Below, in pieces: positions 1 through 9,450 of a DNA stretch of 64,000 bases; position 1 is the first letter of the stretch; each line of letters begins with the position of its first letter. The translations under genes and the position numbers were made by a program. Source of the stretch: an uncultured Nitrososphaerota archaeon. GTDB taxonomy: Archaea; Thermoproteota; Nitrososphaeria; Conexivisphaerales; DTJL01. The stretch lies in contig CAVYVS010000021.1 in assembly GCA_963772005.1 (NCBI GenBank), positions 52,121-116,120 of the forward strand. Direction: 5' to 3'. The notes under the pieces are model-generated. The model was given only the letters and a program-made list of their open reading frames with translations. It did no database searches and was not told the origin of the DNA.

Positions 1-3
1 GTT

Positions 4-1022
4 TCACACCCAGAATCCTGAACTGAACATATCCCCCAATTCTCTCCCTTCTAATAACCTTATCAAACCTAACGCTTGTTCATACGAAAGCATCGGGCGA
101 TCGAACTCTTCGTTGTCGAGAGCCACCCTTGGACAGGCTGTTTCAACAAAGGCATCGATGCCGCGAATGGCCGCAACACGCTGGGCGTTAACCTCTCGGA
201 TATGAAAGAGGTATGTCTTCTTGCCAAGAGCAGCCAGCCTATCCCTAATCTGCTCGGCCTGCTTCCTGAATAGCTGACCTTCTTTCATGCTCACGATGAT
301 TCCAATCCTCTCCGCTTCCTTCGCTTTGAGCACCGACAATATGGCCTTCCTCTCGACGTGCTCGGCATCCTTCGCCATATCCTCGATGGCGTTGAAGAAA
401 GGGTCCAGCATATAGGTCGGTTTTCGGGTATTCAGGCGTAAGCCGATCGCATGGAATCTGCTCTGTCCTAAGAAAAAGAACGCATCGACATCCTTCACGA
501 TGTTTCGTGCGCTATAATAGTTGCAACCGAAGACTTGACCGTCGAAGAGCATCCCTTCGCTCTCCCCCTTAATAGCGGAGAGACCCCGTTCGTTCAGGTA
601 GGACAGCACTGAAATCGAGTTGAGCCTTATGATTGCTTATCGTCACAACACCCACCTTCGAGAAGGCACCCTTGAATTGGCTCAACGCCAAGTCCAGTAC
701 TGGCTTGAAGTCTACGGCATACTCCACGTCCACCAGGTAGGTGTACTTGCCAATTTTGTCGACTCCCACCGAGTGGCCGAGATTCAGAATCAGGTCCAAG
801 CCCAACCGCTTGGCATCGAGGTTCATCAAGGTCACAAGTGCCGTAGCTTGGGTCGAAAAGTATCATCGTCTCCACTCCATGCTGCTGCTCCAGCCTCTCC
901 GCAAAATCGAGGACGACGTTAAGGAGCCCGTCGGGGGCCTGGATTCCTATCTTCTTTGGTTTCTGTTCAGCTATTATCCGTGATACTTGGTCTTCACGTA
1001 TCGATATGCTCACGTCAAGCAC
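4..1022 (-). pseudogene. dph2: Diphthamide synthesis protein Dph2 (2-(3-amino-3-carboxypropyl)histidine synthase), reading frame broken twice
   Basis: ORF pieces 627..1022, 569..835 and 4..609 are collinear parts of one Dph2-like protein. They read IGIQAPDGLL...DPSYGTCDL, then DAKRLGLDLILNLGHS, then VLSYLNERGLS...ETACPRV. Frame changes lie near 820 and near 610. Length 1019 nt = 3n+2. Confidence 0.8.
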
Positions 1023-1537
1023 CAGAAACCTCGGCCGGCGATTCCACTATCTCCAGCCGGGTTTTGACAGGAAGCTTACTCGAGGCTACCTTGATGGCGT
1101 CCTTTGCCTGCTGGACGTTCTTACCCTTTATACCCAGCTCAAGAAGGACGGTACCATCCTCAACTCTGGCGGCCAACCCCACCGGTTTGCCGAAGGCCCG
1201 TCTCATTCCCTCTGACAACCTGTCTGCTCCGGCTGTTGCGACCACCTTGTTCTCTCGCAGAATCAATGGGGGAAAGCCTTGACCGAGAGGATAGTAGTTC
1301 CCCTCGCCGAGAGATGTAGCCAGCTTGTTGACGGATACCCGCGCGGCTTCGAGGGCATTGTGTCTTATCTGGGCTTTTTCGCATGATATCAATTTGAATA
1401 CATAATCGTACTTCTCGCTGGGATTGCCTATGGTGAACTTCGCTATCTTGGGTTGTGGATGCCCTTTGATATACTCGACTTCTAGTGTAGGGCTGTCCTT
1501 TCACCTCTCTATAGTTCCGTCCTTTCAACTTAATCAA
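1015..1537 (-). pseudogene. rpl10e: 50S ribosomal protein uL16 (L10e), one frame break
   Basis: The N-terminus is in the frame of ORF 1160..1537 (MIKLKGRNYREVKGQPYTRSRVY). It continues in the frame of ORF 1015..1392 (KGHPQPKIAKFTIGNPSEKYDYVFKLISCEKAQIRHNALEAARV). The join is near 1468. TTG start. Length 523 nt = 3n+1. Confidence 0.85.
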
Positions 1538-1576
1538 GCTCGTAGGTTGACGTCCGCTTTAAAAGTATATTGGTCC

Positions 1577-2275
1577 TTAGAATTTTCGTTCCAAAGCAAG
1601 GTTCAGCTTTCGAATGGCTCCAATGAGTGTCACAATCTCTTCCTGCCTGATGCCCGACCGCGCTACGGCCTGTTCGAGCGTTCTGACGGCCAACTTTCGT
1701 TTATGCACCGGATACTTCCCTAGGATCAAGGCCTTCGAAAAGTACTCCAGCAGTCTATCTGAGTAGACCCGGCCGATTTGATGAGATTCTCTAGGTTGTG
1801 CTGAAGCTAGACCGTAAAGTACGATAGCCAACGCATGGGAGATGTTCAGCGTCGGGTAGGTGGTCCCTGTGTGCAGGTGGAGGACAAGGTCACAGGCTTG
1901 CAATTCGTCGACCGTGAGCCCCGTGGTATCTCTGCCAAGGAGAATTACGGTACTCGCCGGATCTATGGCTATGGAGGTAAACTCTTCAAGCGAGACGGTC
2001 TTCCTAGCAGGGTTCCTCCCCTTTCTCCCTGCTATTGCCGTTGTTCCGACAAGAAGATCGCAGTGTCTTCTGAGTTGGTCGAAGTTCAAATAGCGGGTGC
2101 CATCAAGCACATCTGCTCCATGAGAGGCAAAGCGGAAGGCTGAGCGTGGGATGTCTTCCTTGCCAACGATGAACAACCTACTCACCCCAAAGTTCTTCAT
2201 GGTCCTTGCGACATAACCTATGTTTAGACCGAATCTTGGTTCGACCAAGGCCACGCCAAGGCGTTCTAAGCGCAT
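1577..2275 (-). CDS. SpoU/TrmH-family RNA 2'-O-methyltransferase (TrmJ-like)
   Basis: 232 aa ORF with a SPOUT-class pattern (LVEPRFGLNIGYVARTMKNFG, ILLGRDTTGL, LNISHALAIVLY). Confidence 0.7.
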   Translation of the reverse strand: MRLERLGVALVEPRFGLNIGYVARTMKNFGVSRLFIVGKEDIPRSAFRFASHGADVLDGTRYLNFDQLRRHCDLLVGTTAIAGRKGRNPARKTVSLEEFTSIAIDPASTVILLGRDTTGLTVDELQACDLVLHLHTGTTYPTLNISHALAIVLYGLASAQPRESHQIGRVYSDRLLEYFSKALILGKYPVHKRKLAVRTLEQAVARSGIRQEEIVTLIGAIRKLNLALERKF

Positions 2276-2335
2276 GTCGTTCCGATGGGAACATTAAAAA
2301 CAGGGATTTAACCATTGGTTCAATCAAGTCAATAG

Positions 2336-3430
2336 TTGCCAACGAATCTGACGGCAGAAGCTAGAGCTCGCTGGGCTCAGGCTCGCGCCGCAAAAGACCC
2401 CAAGCAAAAGGTGAAGCTGCTTCGGGAGTTCTACTCACTGATGCCCCACCACAAGTCCACGGAGAGGCTAGAGGTTTCGATTAAGAAACAGATATCCAAC
2501 TTGGATGACGAAATCCAGTCAGCCAAGTCTAGACGAACGGGCAGCACTCGCGTCGAATGGCAGGTAGAGAAGGGTATCTTCCCACAGGTAGCCCTGAGCG
2601 GACCACTCGAGACCATCGCGCCGCTTTTCAAGAGGCTTACGGGGCTACAGACTTCGCTATTCGAGGTCCACAAAGGTCCAGTCGTAGGGGCCTATCATCT
2701 GGGCGGTCTCACCCTGCAAATCATATTGACACCATACGACCGGAACATCGGCAGACTGGTGCAGGAGAGGCTGCTCTACCTAGTCAGGACCTCGGACTTG
2801 CTTCTGATAGCCCTACCATCTAAGTCATGGAACGAATATTGGACGGAATTCAATCGATGGACGCTCGAGCACAATCTTGAAGTATCGCCGAAGCAGGCGG
2901 CCGTCGAGCTTCGAAACATGCCAACAGGGGGCGTCCGAATGGTAGGCAAGGCCACCGCCTTCAGCGAGAGCGCGCTGGTTTCGTTCCTTCAAGGCTACAA
3001 CATCTTGAACTGCATCGTCAAAGTTACGCCCGATGCCACACTAGACGACGTGGAAGCTGTCATATTCGGCAGGATCTTCAAAAAGTGCGCCTTCCTAACG
3101 CCGCCCAAGGCCTCTCCGATAGAAGGAGTGACTTCGGCCTCCTTCAACATAGATGACGTGTTCTCATCACCTTCCAGGTTCGTAGATTCCCTTCTGGCGA
3201 ACATGGAACTGGTTCGCATCAATACGAGGTCGGCGAGCGGCACCGTCGCCGAACGTCCTTTACTCATCCGGAGCAACAGCAGGGTAATCGAGGTAGCCAG
3301 AGACATACACAAAGACCTTTGGCGCAACTTCAAGTACGCGAAGGTGTGGCGAGGTTCTGAGCGACCACCCATCAGGGTAGGAAAGGACTTTCGAGTCGCC
3401 AACGGCGATGTCATCGAAATCTTCGACTAA
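2336..3430 (+). CDS. DRG/Obg-like protein with C-terminal TGS domain; GTPase motifs degenerate
   Basis: 364 aa, TTG start. The C-terminus (DIHKDLWRNFKYAKVWRGSERPPIRVGKDFRVANGDVIEI) matches the DRG TGS region. The position of the P-loop reads VALSGPLETIAPLFKRLTG, with no GKS/T. Confidence 0.6.
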   Translation: MPTNLTAEARARWAQARAAKDPKQKVKLLREFYSLMPHHKSTERLEVSIKKQISNLDDEIQSAKSRRTGSTRVEWQVEKGIFPQVALSGPLETIAPLFKRLTGLQTSLFEVHKGPVVGAYHLGGLTLQIILTPYDRNIGRLVQERLLYLVRTSDLLLIALPSKSWNEYWTEFNRWTLEHNLEVSPKQAAVELRNMPTGGVRMVGKATAFSESALVSFLQGYNILNCIVKVTPDATLDDVEAVIFGRIFKKCAFLTPPKASPIEGVTSASFNIDDVFSSPSRFVDSLLANMELVRINTRSASGTVAERPLLIRSNSRVIEVARDIHKDLWRNFKYAKVWRGSERPPIRVGKDFRVANGDVIEIFD

Positions 3431-3981
3431 CCGCTGGTTTGATTGGCCTTCGCCACTTCAAACGCCATCAGTTCCTCGAAGAACAGCCTTATCGACCCCA
3501 ACTTGGTCACATCCATCCCCATGTCGCGAAGCTTCCTCAACAGGTAATCGATATCTGACAAGCTTGAAGCAAGAAAGACCATCAATCCCCCTGAACCCAG
3601 CGCCCTGTGCGAGCTGATGACCATTTCATATGTCGTCTCGATGCCCTTTTCTCCCCCCGAAACGGCTAGGTCCTCCTCTCCCTCGTTTCTGAGATAGGGA
3701 GGATTGAAGAAAATCAGCTGGAACGAGCCCTCCCTAAGGCAATCGCATGACTTGCATAACAGGTATTCAACGCATTCAGACTCGTCTCTCTCGCGGGCCA
3801 TATTCAACGCAAAGGTGTCCACATCGGTGCCTATCGCCAAGTCCGGCGAATTGATTGAAATGTAATGGCGAAGCACAAAGCCCGAGCCAACACCGATCTC
3901 TGCCACTCTATTCGCCCGAAGTCCTTCGACCTTTCCGCACAAGAACAGGGTGTCTTCGCCTGGCTGGTATACTTCGTTCAA
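3427..3981 (-). CDS. HemK/Mtq2-type protein N5-glutamine methyltransferase
   Basis: 184 aa with YQPGEDT, the SAM motif EIGVGSGFV and the catalytic NPPY (IFFNPPY). It overlaps the ksgA stop by 4 nt. Confidence 0.7.
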   Translation of the reverse strand: MNEVYQPGEDTLFLCGKVEGLRANRVAEIGVGSGFVLRHYISINSPDLAIGTDVDTFALNMARERDESECVEYLLCKSCDCLREGSFQLIFFNPPYLRNEGEEDLAVSGGEKGIETTYEMVISSHRALGSGGLMVFLASSLSDIDYLLRKLRDMGMDVTKLGSIRLFFEELMAFEVAKANQTSG

Positions 3982-4721
3982 TCCGAGACGATCCCTCGAA
4001 TCACGATCATGGCTTCGGAAGGCAGGAGCTTCTCCACCCTTTTGTGAAGCAGGCCATCATCCAAATTGATTGCGGCATCCCAGAGCCCCCTCTTCTTAAA
4101 ATCTCTCACTAGCGAAGCAACTAGCCTCCCTCTATAACTGAACAGCGACTTCAATTTGATTGCGCATCCCCTAGAATTCGGAAGGGTTCGAATACGTTCC
4201 AATAGCAACGCCGAAGAGAATACCTTCGGCTTTGGTACAAAGGCATCAGGCGGGATGACGAACAACTCCTTCAGTCGGAAGCAATATGACGTCAAAACCG
4301 AATATGCGCCGTACCTGCGATCCCCTGGCGCAGAACCGATTTTGTCCGCGAAATCCTTCTGAAGCACAACCACGCCCAACGGCGTGGAGGTCCCAGCGAA
4401 CCATTCTACAAATCGCCTTGAAGCATAATACGGAAGGCTCGATACCATAGCATCGTATCCCTCGACGTCGGTAAACCCATCGGCCATGACGAGCTTCAGT
4501 CTTGGATTCTCCCCTATCCGTTCTTTCGCCACGAGGAAGAGGTCTCCATCCAGCTCGTAGCCAGTCACTTCATAGCCGGCGTTCAACAGCCTGCCCGTCA
4601 AGCGGCCGTCTCCGACTCCAATTTCTAACACTGTCTTTGTCGAATGCGGTACTTGATCGACCAGTCTCCCTAGGAATGCTTCTTTGACAAGGAAGTGCTG
4701 TCCAAGCCTGGCCGACCTCAT
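3978..4721 (-). CDS. ksgA: 16S rRNA (adenine-N6,N6)-dimethyltransferase KsgA/RsmA (Dim1)
   Basis: 247 aa with LGQHFL, EIGVGDGRLT and SSLPYY motifs. It sits in the conserved archaeal position after DUF655. Confidence 0.85.
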   Translation of the reverse strand: MRSARLGQHFLVKEAFLGRLVDQVPHSTKTVLEIGVGDGRLTGRLLNAGYEVTGYELDGDLFLVAKERIGENPRLKLVMADGFTDVEGYDAMVSSLPYYASRRFVEWFAGTSTPLGVVVLQKDFADKIGSAPGDRRYGAYSVLTSYCFRLKELFVIPPDAFVPKPKVFSSALLLERIRTLPNSRGCAIKLKSLFSYRGRLVASLVRDFKKRGLWDAAINLDDGLLHKRVEKLLPSEAMIVIRGIVSD

Positions 4722-4724
4722 GGC

Positions 4725-5287
4725 CTATTTCCTGATGAATATGCTGATCCGCGTCTGGCCCGTGAGCTCTTCGTATACCCTCTTCGCTATCTGTTTTGCG
4801 GGTTCCTTTAGACCCACTCTAGCCTGGATGTCAACGAACGATTCGAAGGGTTTCTTTTCTCTTGCATCCAGTATCTCCACGGTCAGAGTCTTGCCGATTC
4901 CCGGGATCAGTTCTAAGCATGAAGCCTCGGCGTTATGGGTTGGAGATTGTTGAAGTAGCTCACATACTTCTGTTCTCCATTCTTGACCAACGTTTCAATT
5001 ACGAGCGGAAGTTCATTCTTGGCGCCCTGAGTGAGATCTTCATAGTTGAGCTTCCCCAGGACGCTGATGACCTTGTCGCGGCGATCTTTCCCGATGTACA
5101 CCTTTTCTTCCTGAGCGAATTGGGCATTATTGAATGCTAGGAGCTCCAAGAGGGTTAGGTACTCTTCTCCCAACGCTTGGACGATGAAGCCCTCTCTGTT
5201 GTGCACTATCTTGGAACGCGCCCTTGGCATGAAATCAAGGACGTAGGAATACTCTTCATATTTCTTGATTTGAGGTTGGAAGCTCAT
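4725..5287 (-). pseudogene. DUF655-family helix-hairpin-helix protein, one frame break
   Basis: ORF 4913..5287 ends at ...ITPRLHA*. The next frame continues LELIPGIGKTLTVEILDAREKKPFESFVDIQARVGL...IFIRK*. The junction is near 4915 in a tt/aa run. Length 563 nt = 3n+2. Confidence 0.7.
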
Positions 5288-5422
5288 CTAGTGGTCCACT
5301 TCTTCTTCGTCCTAGAACGCTAGAGGACAGCCTGGGCAGGAAAACGCGTCACCGACTCTATCGGTTCCCATTTAGCCCACTTCGTAAGGCATGCATGAAA
5401 CGTTGGAACTAAGATTTAAAGA

Positions 5423-5776
5423 TTAGGACGAGGTCTTGGGCCTTCTCGAATTGAGAATCCCCAAGATTTTGTCCAATACGTCAGTGGGAGTCAATTTCCT
5501 CCAGCCTACGGTGAACGTGCGGAGCTCCTCGCGGGTCTTTGGCATTATGTTGACGACCTCCACGGCCTCCTGTTCTGTCAAGCCCGTTTCCTTAACCAAT
5601 TCTTTGACCATCGCTCTGGCATCGTCGCCGTCCAAGTTGGAGAACTTAGTCACATAATCCAGGGTCCTCTTTTGTATCTGGTCGGCCTTTTCAGGGTCTA
5701 CCTTTTCCAAGAGTTTCTTGGCTTCATGGATAGTAAGCGGCTTTCGCTCCATCTCCTCGACCAAGGCTTCAATCAC
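5423..5776 (-). CDS. rpoF: DNA-directed RNA polymerase subunit Rpo4/RpoF (Rpb4 homologue)
   Basis: 117 aa helical protein in the L21e-RpoF-DUF655-KsgA order. It overlaps the L21e stop by 4 nt. Confidence 0.75.
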   Translation of the reverse strand: MIEALVEEMERKPLTIHEAKKLLEKVDPEKADQIQKRTLDYVTKFSNLDGDDARAMVKELVKETGLTEQEAVEVVNIMPKTREELRTFTVGWRKLTPTDVLDKILGILNSRRPKTSS

Positions 5777-6051
5777 TTAATTGGTTTTACGTGCTCGAAG
5801 CGCGCTATTATCCTTTTGGTCTTGTCCCCTACCGGCACGTCGAGGACCACCGCTCGTGGGCGGACTTCTTGAATTACCCCGACTAAGCCCTGAAACCTGC
5901 GGTGGGGCATCCCCTTTTGCTGACTCGGCTCGATGTCGACAGCGACCTTCTGCCCTACGCTGTACTCAATCATAAGCCTAGAGAGCCCCGGTTTGTCCCT
6001 CGATGTCAGCAAGCTCCTGGTTTTGCGCCTGACTCCTTTATGATGTGGCAA
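5773..6051 (-). CDS. rpl21e: 50S ribosomal protein L21e
   Basis: 92 aa. MPHHKGVRRKTR...GMPHRRFQG is typical of L21e. Confidence 0.85.
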   Translation of the reverse strand: MPHHKGVRRKTRSLLTSRDKPGLSRLMIEYSVGQKVAVDIEPSQQKGMPHRRFQGLVGVIQEVRPRAVVLDVPVGDKTKRIIARFEHVKPIK

Positions 6052-6113
6052 TATACTCTCACGATTGCTAGCTTACAGCAAGCCTCCTTATCCCCCATAA
6101 TTAATGCTTTTCC

Positions 6114-7292
6114 TCAGTAGCCGATCTTTCGAAACCCTACGATATCGCTTTCCACGGTCAAGACCCTATTCGTAGGCAGTAGGTCTGCAAAGCTCGGCTG
6201 GAGTCCTTCTACCTCGGTCCTGAAGTCCGATTTGGGAGCGAGAAGCTGCCTGAGGCTTATCCTGTTGTCCAGGAGGAGTCGGATCTTAGCCTTCTTCCCC
6301 GATTCAACAACCACAAGTTCGTGTACTCTCCTAGGTCTAGACTTCCTGTCTCTCGGCACAACCAAATCCCTTCCCTTGTAAGCTTGCTCTAGGAGCCGGA
6401 CGTCGGCCGCCACTAACTCTGACTCGAAGTCAGCTGTGACCAACACTTCCTTCACCAAATCCTCTATCCTGCTTCTGTCCAGCCGTGCCAGTTCGACAAC
6501 TGTGAACTGGATGTCCTTTGTCGGCGTCATGTTAAGCCGGAGCAATCCCGATTCTCTTCGGGTCGGCGCCACGACCTCGACATACGTGGGCCGCCCGCTT
6601 CCCAGGAGTAGTGACGATTCGTCCTCTATGCCAGACCAGCTAATTCTTACCTTAGCGCCGAGGAAGGCTTCCAAGAACGCGCCAACTAGGGCAGCCTCAA
6701 CGCTTTCATCTTCTTCTATCCCCCTTCCTTTGCATGCTTCACACCCTTCGCCTTGACACTTGGGACACGGGATTGCTCTAATCGGGACCCCCCTTCTAAG
6801 CTTAAGGTATTCCACATAGAACGTGATGGGTTTGCGCTCGACATAAACCGATTCTTCCGGGAGTCCAATTCTGATGGTGACCTCCGGGTTCCTCAGAGAG
6901 GGCGTCCTATACAGGAGCTCGGCAAGATCTCGTCTGAACATGGTCGTCAATCCCTTCTTCAAACTGATCCCGCTGCTCAGTTTCAGTTTCGACCGCATCT
7001 CGTCTTCTCTATCTACGGATCCGTTCGACAGGACCACGCCGACTTGAAATGTGGAAAACTCTGTTTGACCGAGCTCGGCGATGATCCTCTTTTCAATCTC
7101 TCTGCGTCGCTGAAACGCGTTTCCACACAGCTCGCACTTTCCCGTGTTTCGCAGGCCCAATCGCTCAGTCACACGCAAACCGACTTTCTCTATTTCCCCC
7201 TGTGACGAAGCATATTGCCTTCCCAAGCACCATGTGCATATGGCAACCCCTCCAAGGACGCCCTTGGCGGTTGGAGAGATCCCCTCCTTCAT
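6114..7292 (-). CDS. pus10: tRNA pseudouridine synthase Pus10
   Basis: 392 aa with an N-terminal Zn ribbon (CTWC...CELCG) and a second Cys cluster (CPKCQGEGCEACKG). The IEDESSLLLGSGRPTYVEV block is at the position of the Pus10 catalytic loop. Conserved neighbour of L21e. Confidence 0.7.
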   Translation of the reverse strand: MKEGISPTAKGVLGGVAICTWCLGRQYASSQGEIEKVGLRVTERLGLRNTGKCELCGNAFQRRREIEKRIIAELGQTEFSTFQVGVVLSNGSVDREDEMRSKLKLSSGISLKKGLTTMFRRDLAELLYRTPSLRNPEVTIRIGLPEESVYVERKPITFYVEYLKLRRGVPIRAIPCPKCQGEGCEACKGRGIEEDESVEAALVGAFLEAFLGAKVRISWSGIEDESSLLLGSGRPTYVEVVAPTRRESGLLRLNMTPTKDIQFTVVELARLDRSRIEDLVKEVLVTADFESELVAADVRLLEQAYKGRDLVVPRDRKSRPRRVHELVVVESGKKAKIRLLLDNRISLRQLLAPKSDFRTEVEGLQPSFADLLPTNRVLTVESDIVGFRKIGY

Positions 7293-7332
7293 CTAGGCTA
7301 GGCCGCTCCCTTTGAGTTGCTTCATGAGCTGT

Positions 7333-8625
7333 TTATTCATTGCGCATGCTCTTCGCGTTCTTCATCAGTTTCTTTCCTTGCTCGAAGGCAGTCAGCATGT
7401 CTTTGACGTCCTTCTCGGAAACCCCCGATCCTCGAGCGATCCTCTTTGTCCTCGACGAGTTAATTAAATCGGGATCTTTGCGTTCCTTGGGGGTCATCCC
7501 TCTGATTATCGCCTTCCACTTCTTGAACTTCGTCTCCATCTCCTCTGCGGCGCCTTCTTCTAGCTTGGGGAGGCCAGGCATCATCTCCATAATCTTCTGT
7601 AGCGGGCCAAGCTTGTTCAGCTGTTCCATCTGAGCATAGAAGTCTTCAAGGGTCATCTTCCCGGAGGTAATCCGCTTGGCGGTGGCTTCGTCCACTTCTG
7701 TGCCTGCCATCTTCACCTTTTCGAGAAGCCCGTGAAGGTCTCCCATCCCCAGCATCCTCCCTGCAAATCTGCTGGGCGAGAATTCCTCCAGGTCGTCAAC
7801 GCGTTCGCCGGCTGATACAAAGACTATTTTCGCCCCAGTTGCCGCGGCTGCCGCAAGAGCCCCACCTCCTTTCGCCGTTCCGTCCAGTTTGGTGACTACA
7901 ATTCCTCCCACCTTCGTGGTCGAATTGAAGGCCGAAGCCTGAGCGTAAGCCTGCTGGCCGATGGTCCCATCGATTACCAAGAGCACAAGGTTCGGTTGCA
8001 AACGGCTCTCAATTCTCTTCATCTCCTCAAGTAGTGTCTTCTCTTCCTTGTGTCGGCCTGCGGTGTCAACTACTATGAGACGTTGCCCTTCCTCAACGAA
8101 GTGCTTCTTTCCGTCTACCGCGATGGCTTCGGGTTCTTTCTTCTCCTCCCAGAACACTTCCGTCTGGGTTCTTTCTCCTAAAGTCCTCAACTGGTCATAG
8201 GCTCCAGCTCGAAAAGTGTCAGCACATACCAGGCCGACTTTGAATCCTCTTCGGGTGAAGTACCTCGCTAGCTTCCCGGCGGCAGTAGTCTTCCCAGAAC
8301 CCTGAATCCCAACCAACAAAATTGTAAAGGGCTCGGTGGCTGGAGGGTTGAGTTTTGTCTCCGTCCCCATGATCTTCGTCAGTTCGTCATAGAGGATTGA
8401 GAGAGCCTGCTCCTTCAGGGAGACGCCAGGCTTGGCCCTTTCAGCCATCAATCGATCTTCGACTCTCTTGCTAAGCTCGAAGACCACTCTGACGTTTACA
8501 TCGGCCTGGATTAGGGCCCGCTGTATATCTTTGACGAATTCCTTGATTGCCGCTTCGTCCACGACGTCAACGTCGAACAGCCGTTTGATTGCCGATTGCA
8601 GGCTTTCTCGAATCTTCTCAAACAT
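7333..8625 (-). CDS. srp54: Signal recognition particle protein SRP54
   Basis: 430 aa with GIQGSGKTT, DTAGR, TKLDGTAKGG and a Met-rich M domain (KIMEMMPGLP). Confidence 0.95.
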   Translation of the reverse strand: MFEKIRESLQSAIKRLFDVDVVDEAAIKEFVKDIQRALIQADVNVRVVFELSKRVEDRLMAERAKPGVSLKEQALSILYDELTKIMGTETKLNPPATEPFTILLVGIQGSGKTTAAGKLARYFTRRGFKVGLVCADTFRAGAYDQLRTLGERTQTEVFWEEKKEPEAIAVDGKKHFVEEGQRLIVVDTAGRHKEEKTLLEEMKRIESRLQPNLVLLVIDGTIGQQAYAQASAFNSTTKVGGIVVTKLDGTAKGGGALAAAAATGAKIVFVSAGERVDDLEEFSPSRFAGRMLGMGDLHGLLEKVKMAGTEVDEATAKRITSGKMTLEDFYAQMEQLNKLGPLQKIMEMMPGLPKLEEGAAEEMETKFKKWKAIIRGMTPKERKDPDLINSSRTKRIARGSGVSEKDVKDMLTAFEQGKKLMKNAKSMRNE

Positions 8626-9334
8626 CGGCGGTTTTGTCTCTCAGGATAGCCTTTTTAATACTTAGTGTCCCTTCGCCCCTCTCCCAGGACTTTTCCGCTT
8701 CAAGGACGACTATCTTCCGGCTAAACATCGGCATATCTAGAACGAACGTCTCTCCTTCTCCCCCCTCGAGAGAGGGATTGAATCTATTCTTCCGCGCAAG
8801 GGAGATCAGCCTCTCTATTCCGTCTTCATCGAGCTCGGCTCCAATCCACTCCGGCCCAAGCCCTAGAGCCGCCACCCGCGTGACAATGGCCCTAAAGCCG
8901 TCTGGCACCAGTCTTCTGAGATATGATTCTTCGTCAACGCCCCAGAGAGGATTGACGCCTTCCAACCCGTTCCGTGCGAATACGCCACCGAAACGATCCA
9001 TCTGAAACTTGCTCTTCACCGCGCCAGTGACTACCCCCACAACCCCAAACCTGTCTTTCGCTTCGGCGACCAGTTCTGACAGACACTCATTCTCGTCTTG
9101 ACCGCGCCTGATTTCCTTGGCGAGGATTGGGATGCCGAGGGACTCCGCCTGCAACGTCGTCAAGTGGGTGTTCGGATGATGGAACAACATGCTGTCAACA
9201 TCGGCGGGTCTGACGGAGAGGAGGCAGGCGACTTCGAATCCTTCCTTAATGGCTTGGAACAGCGCGTAGTTGCTGTCCTTCCCTCCGGAGTACAAAACAG
9301 CCAACCTTGGCGGATTTGACCTCTCATCTCTCAT
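8618..9334 (-). CDS. dph6: Diphthine-ammonia ligase (Dph6) / MJ0570-family PP-loop ATPase
   Basis: 238 aa with the PP-loop LYSGGKDSNYAL and the EGGEGETFVLD motif. Confidence 0.75.
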   Translation of the reverse strand: MRDERSNPPRLAVLYSGGKDSNYALFQAIKEGFEVACLLSVRPADVDSMLFHHPNTHLTTLQAESLGIPILAKEIRRGQDENECLSELVAEAKDRFGVVGVVTGAVKSKFQMDRFGGVFARNGLEGVNPLWGVDEESYLRRLVPDGFRAIVTRVAALGLGPEWIGAELDEDGIERLISLARKNRFNPSLEGGEGETFVLDMPMFSRKIVVLEAEKSWERGEGTLSIKKAILRDKTADV

Positions 9335-9450
9335 AATCTACATCACAGGAATGTCAGTCGGCTCTTCCGTGTAATCATTGAGGCCATGCTAGGCTTGATG
9401 GGCTTTGTTCATTAACTTAACTGAACGCGCGAACATGACACACTTATTAA

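Noticed and set aside
5284-5371. Tiny minus-strand ORF between rpoF and DUF655 (MGTDRVGDAFSCPGCPLAF, then TAG); a frame shift would give RTKKKWTTR* with an ATGA overlap onto the DUF655 start
   Set aside because: It has only one CxxC pair, is about 30 codons long, needs a stop read-through or frameshift, and matches no family I recognise. It is suggestive but unsupported.
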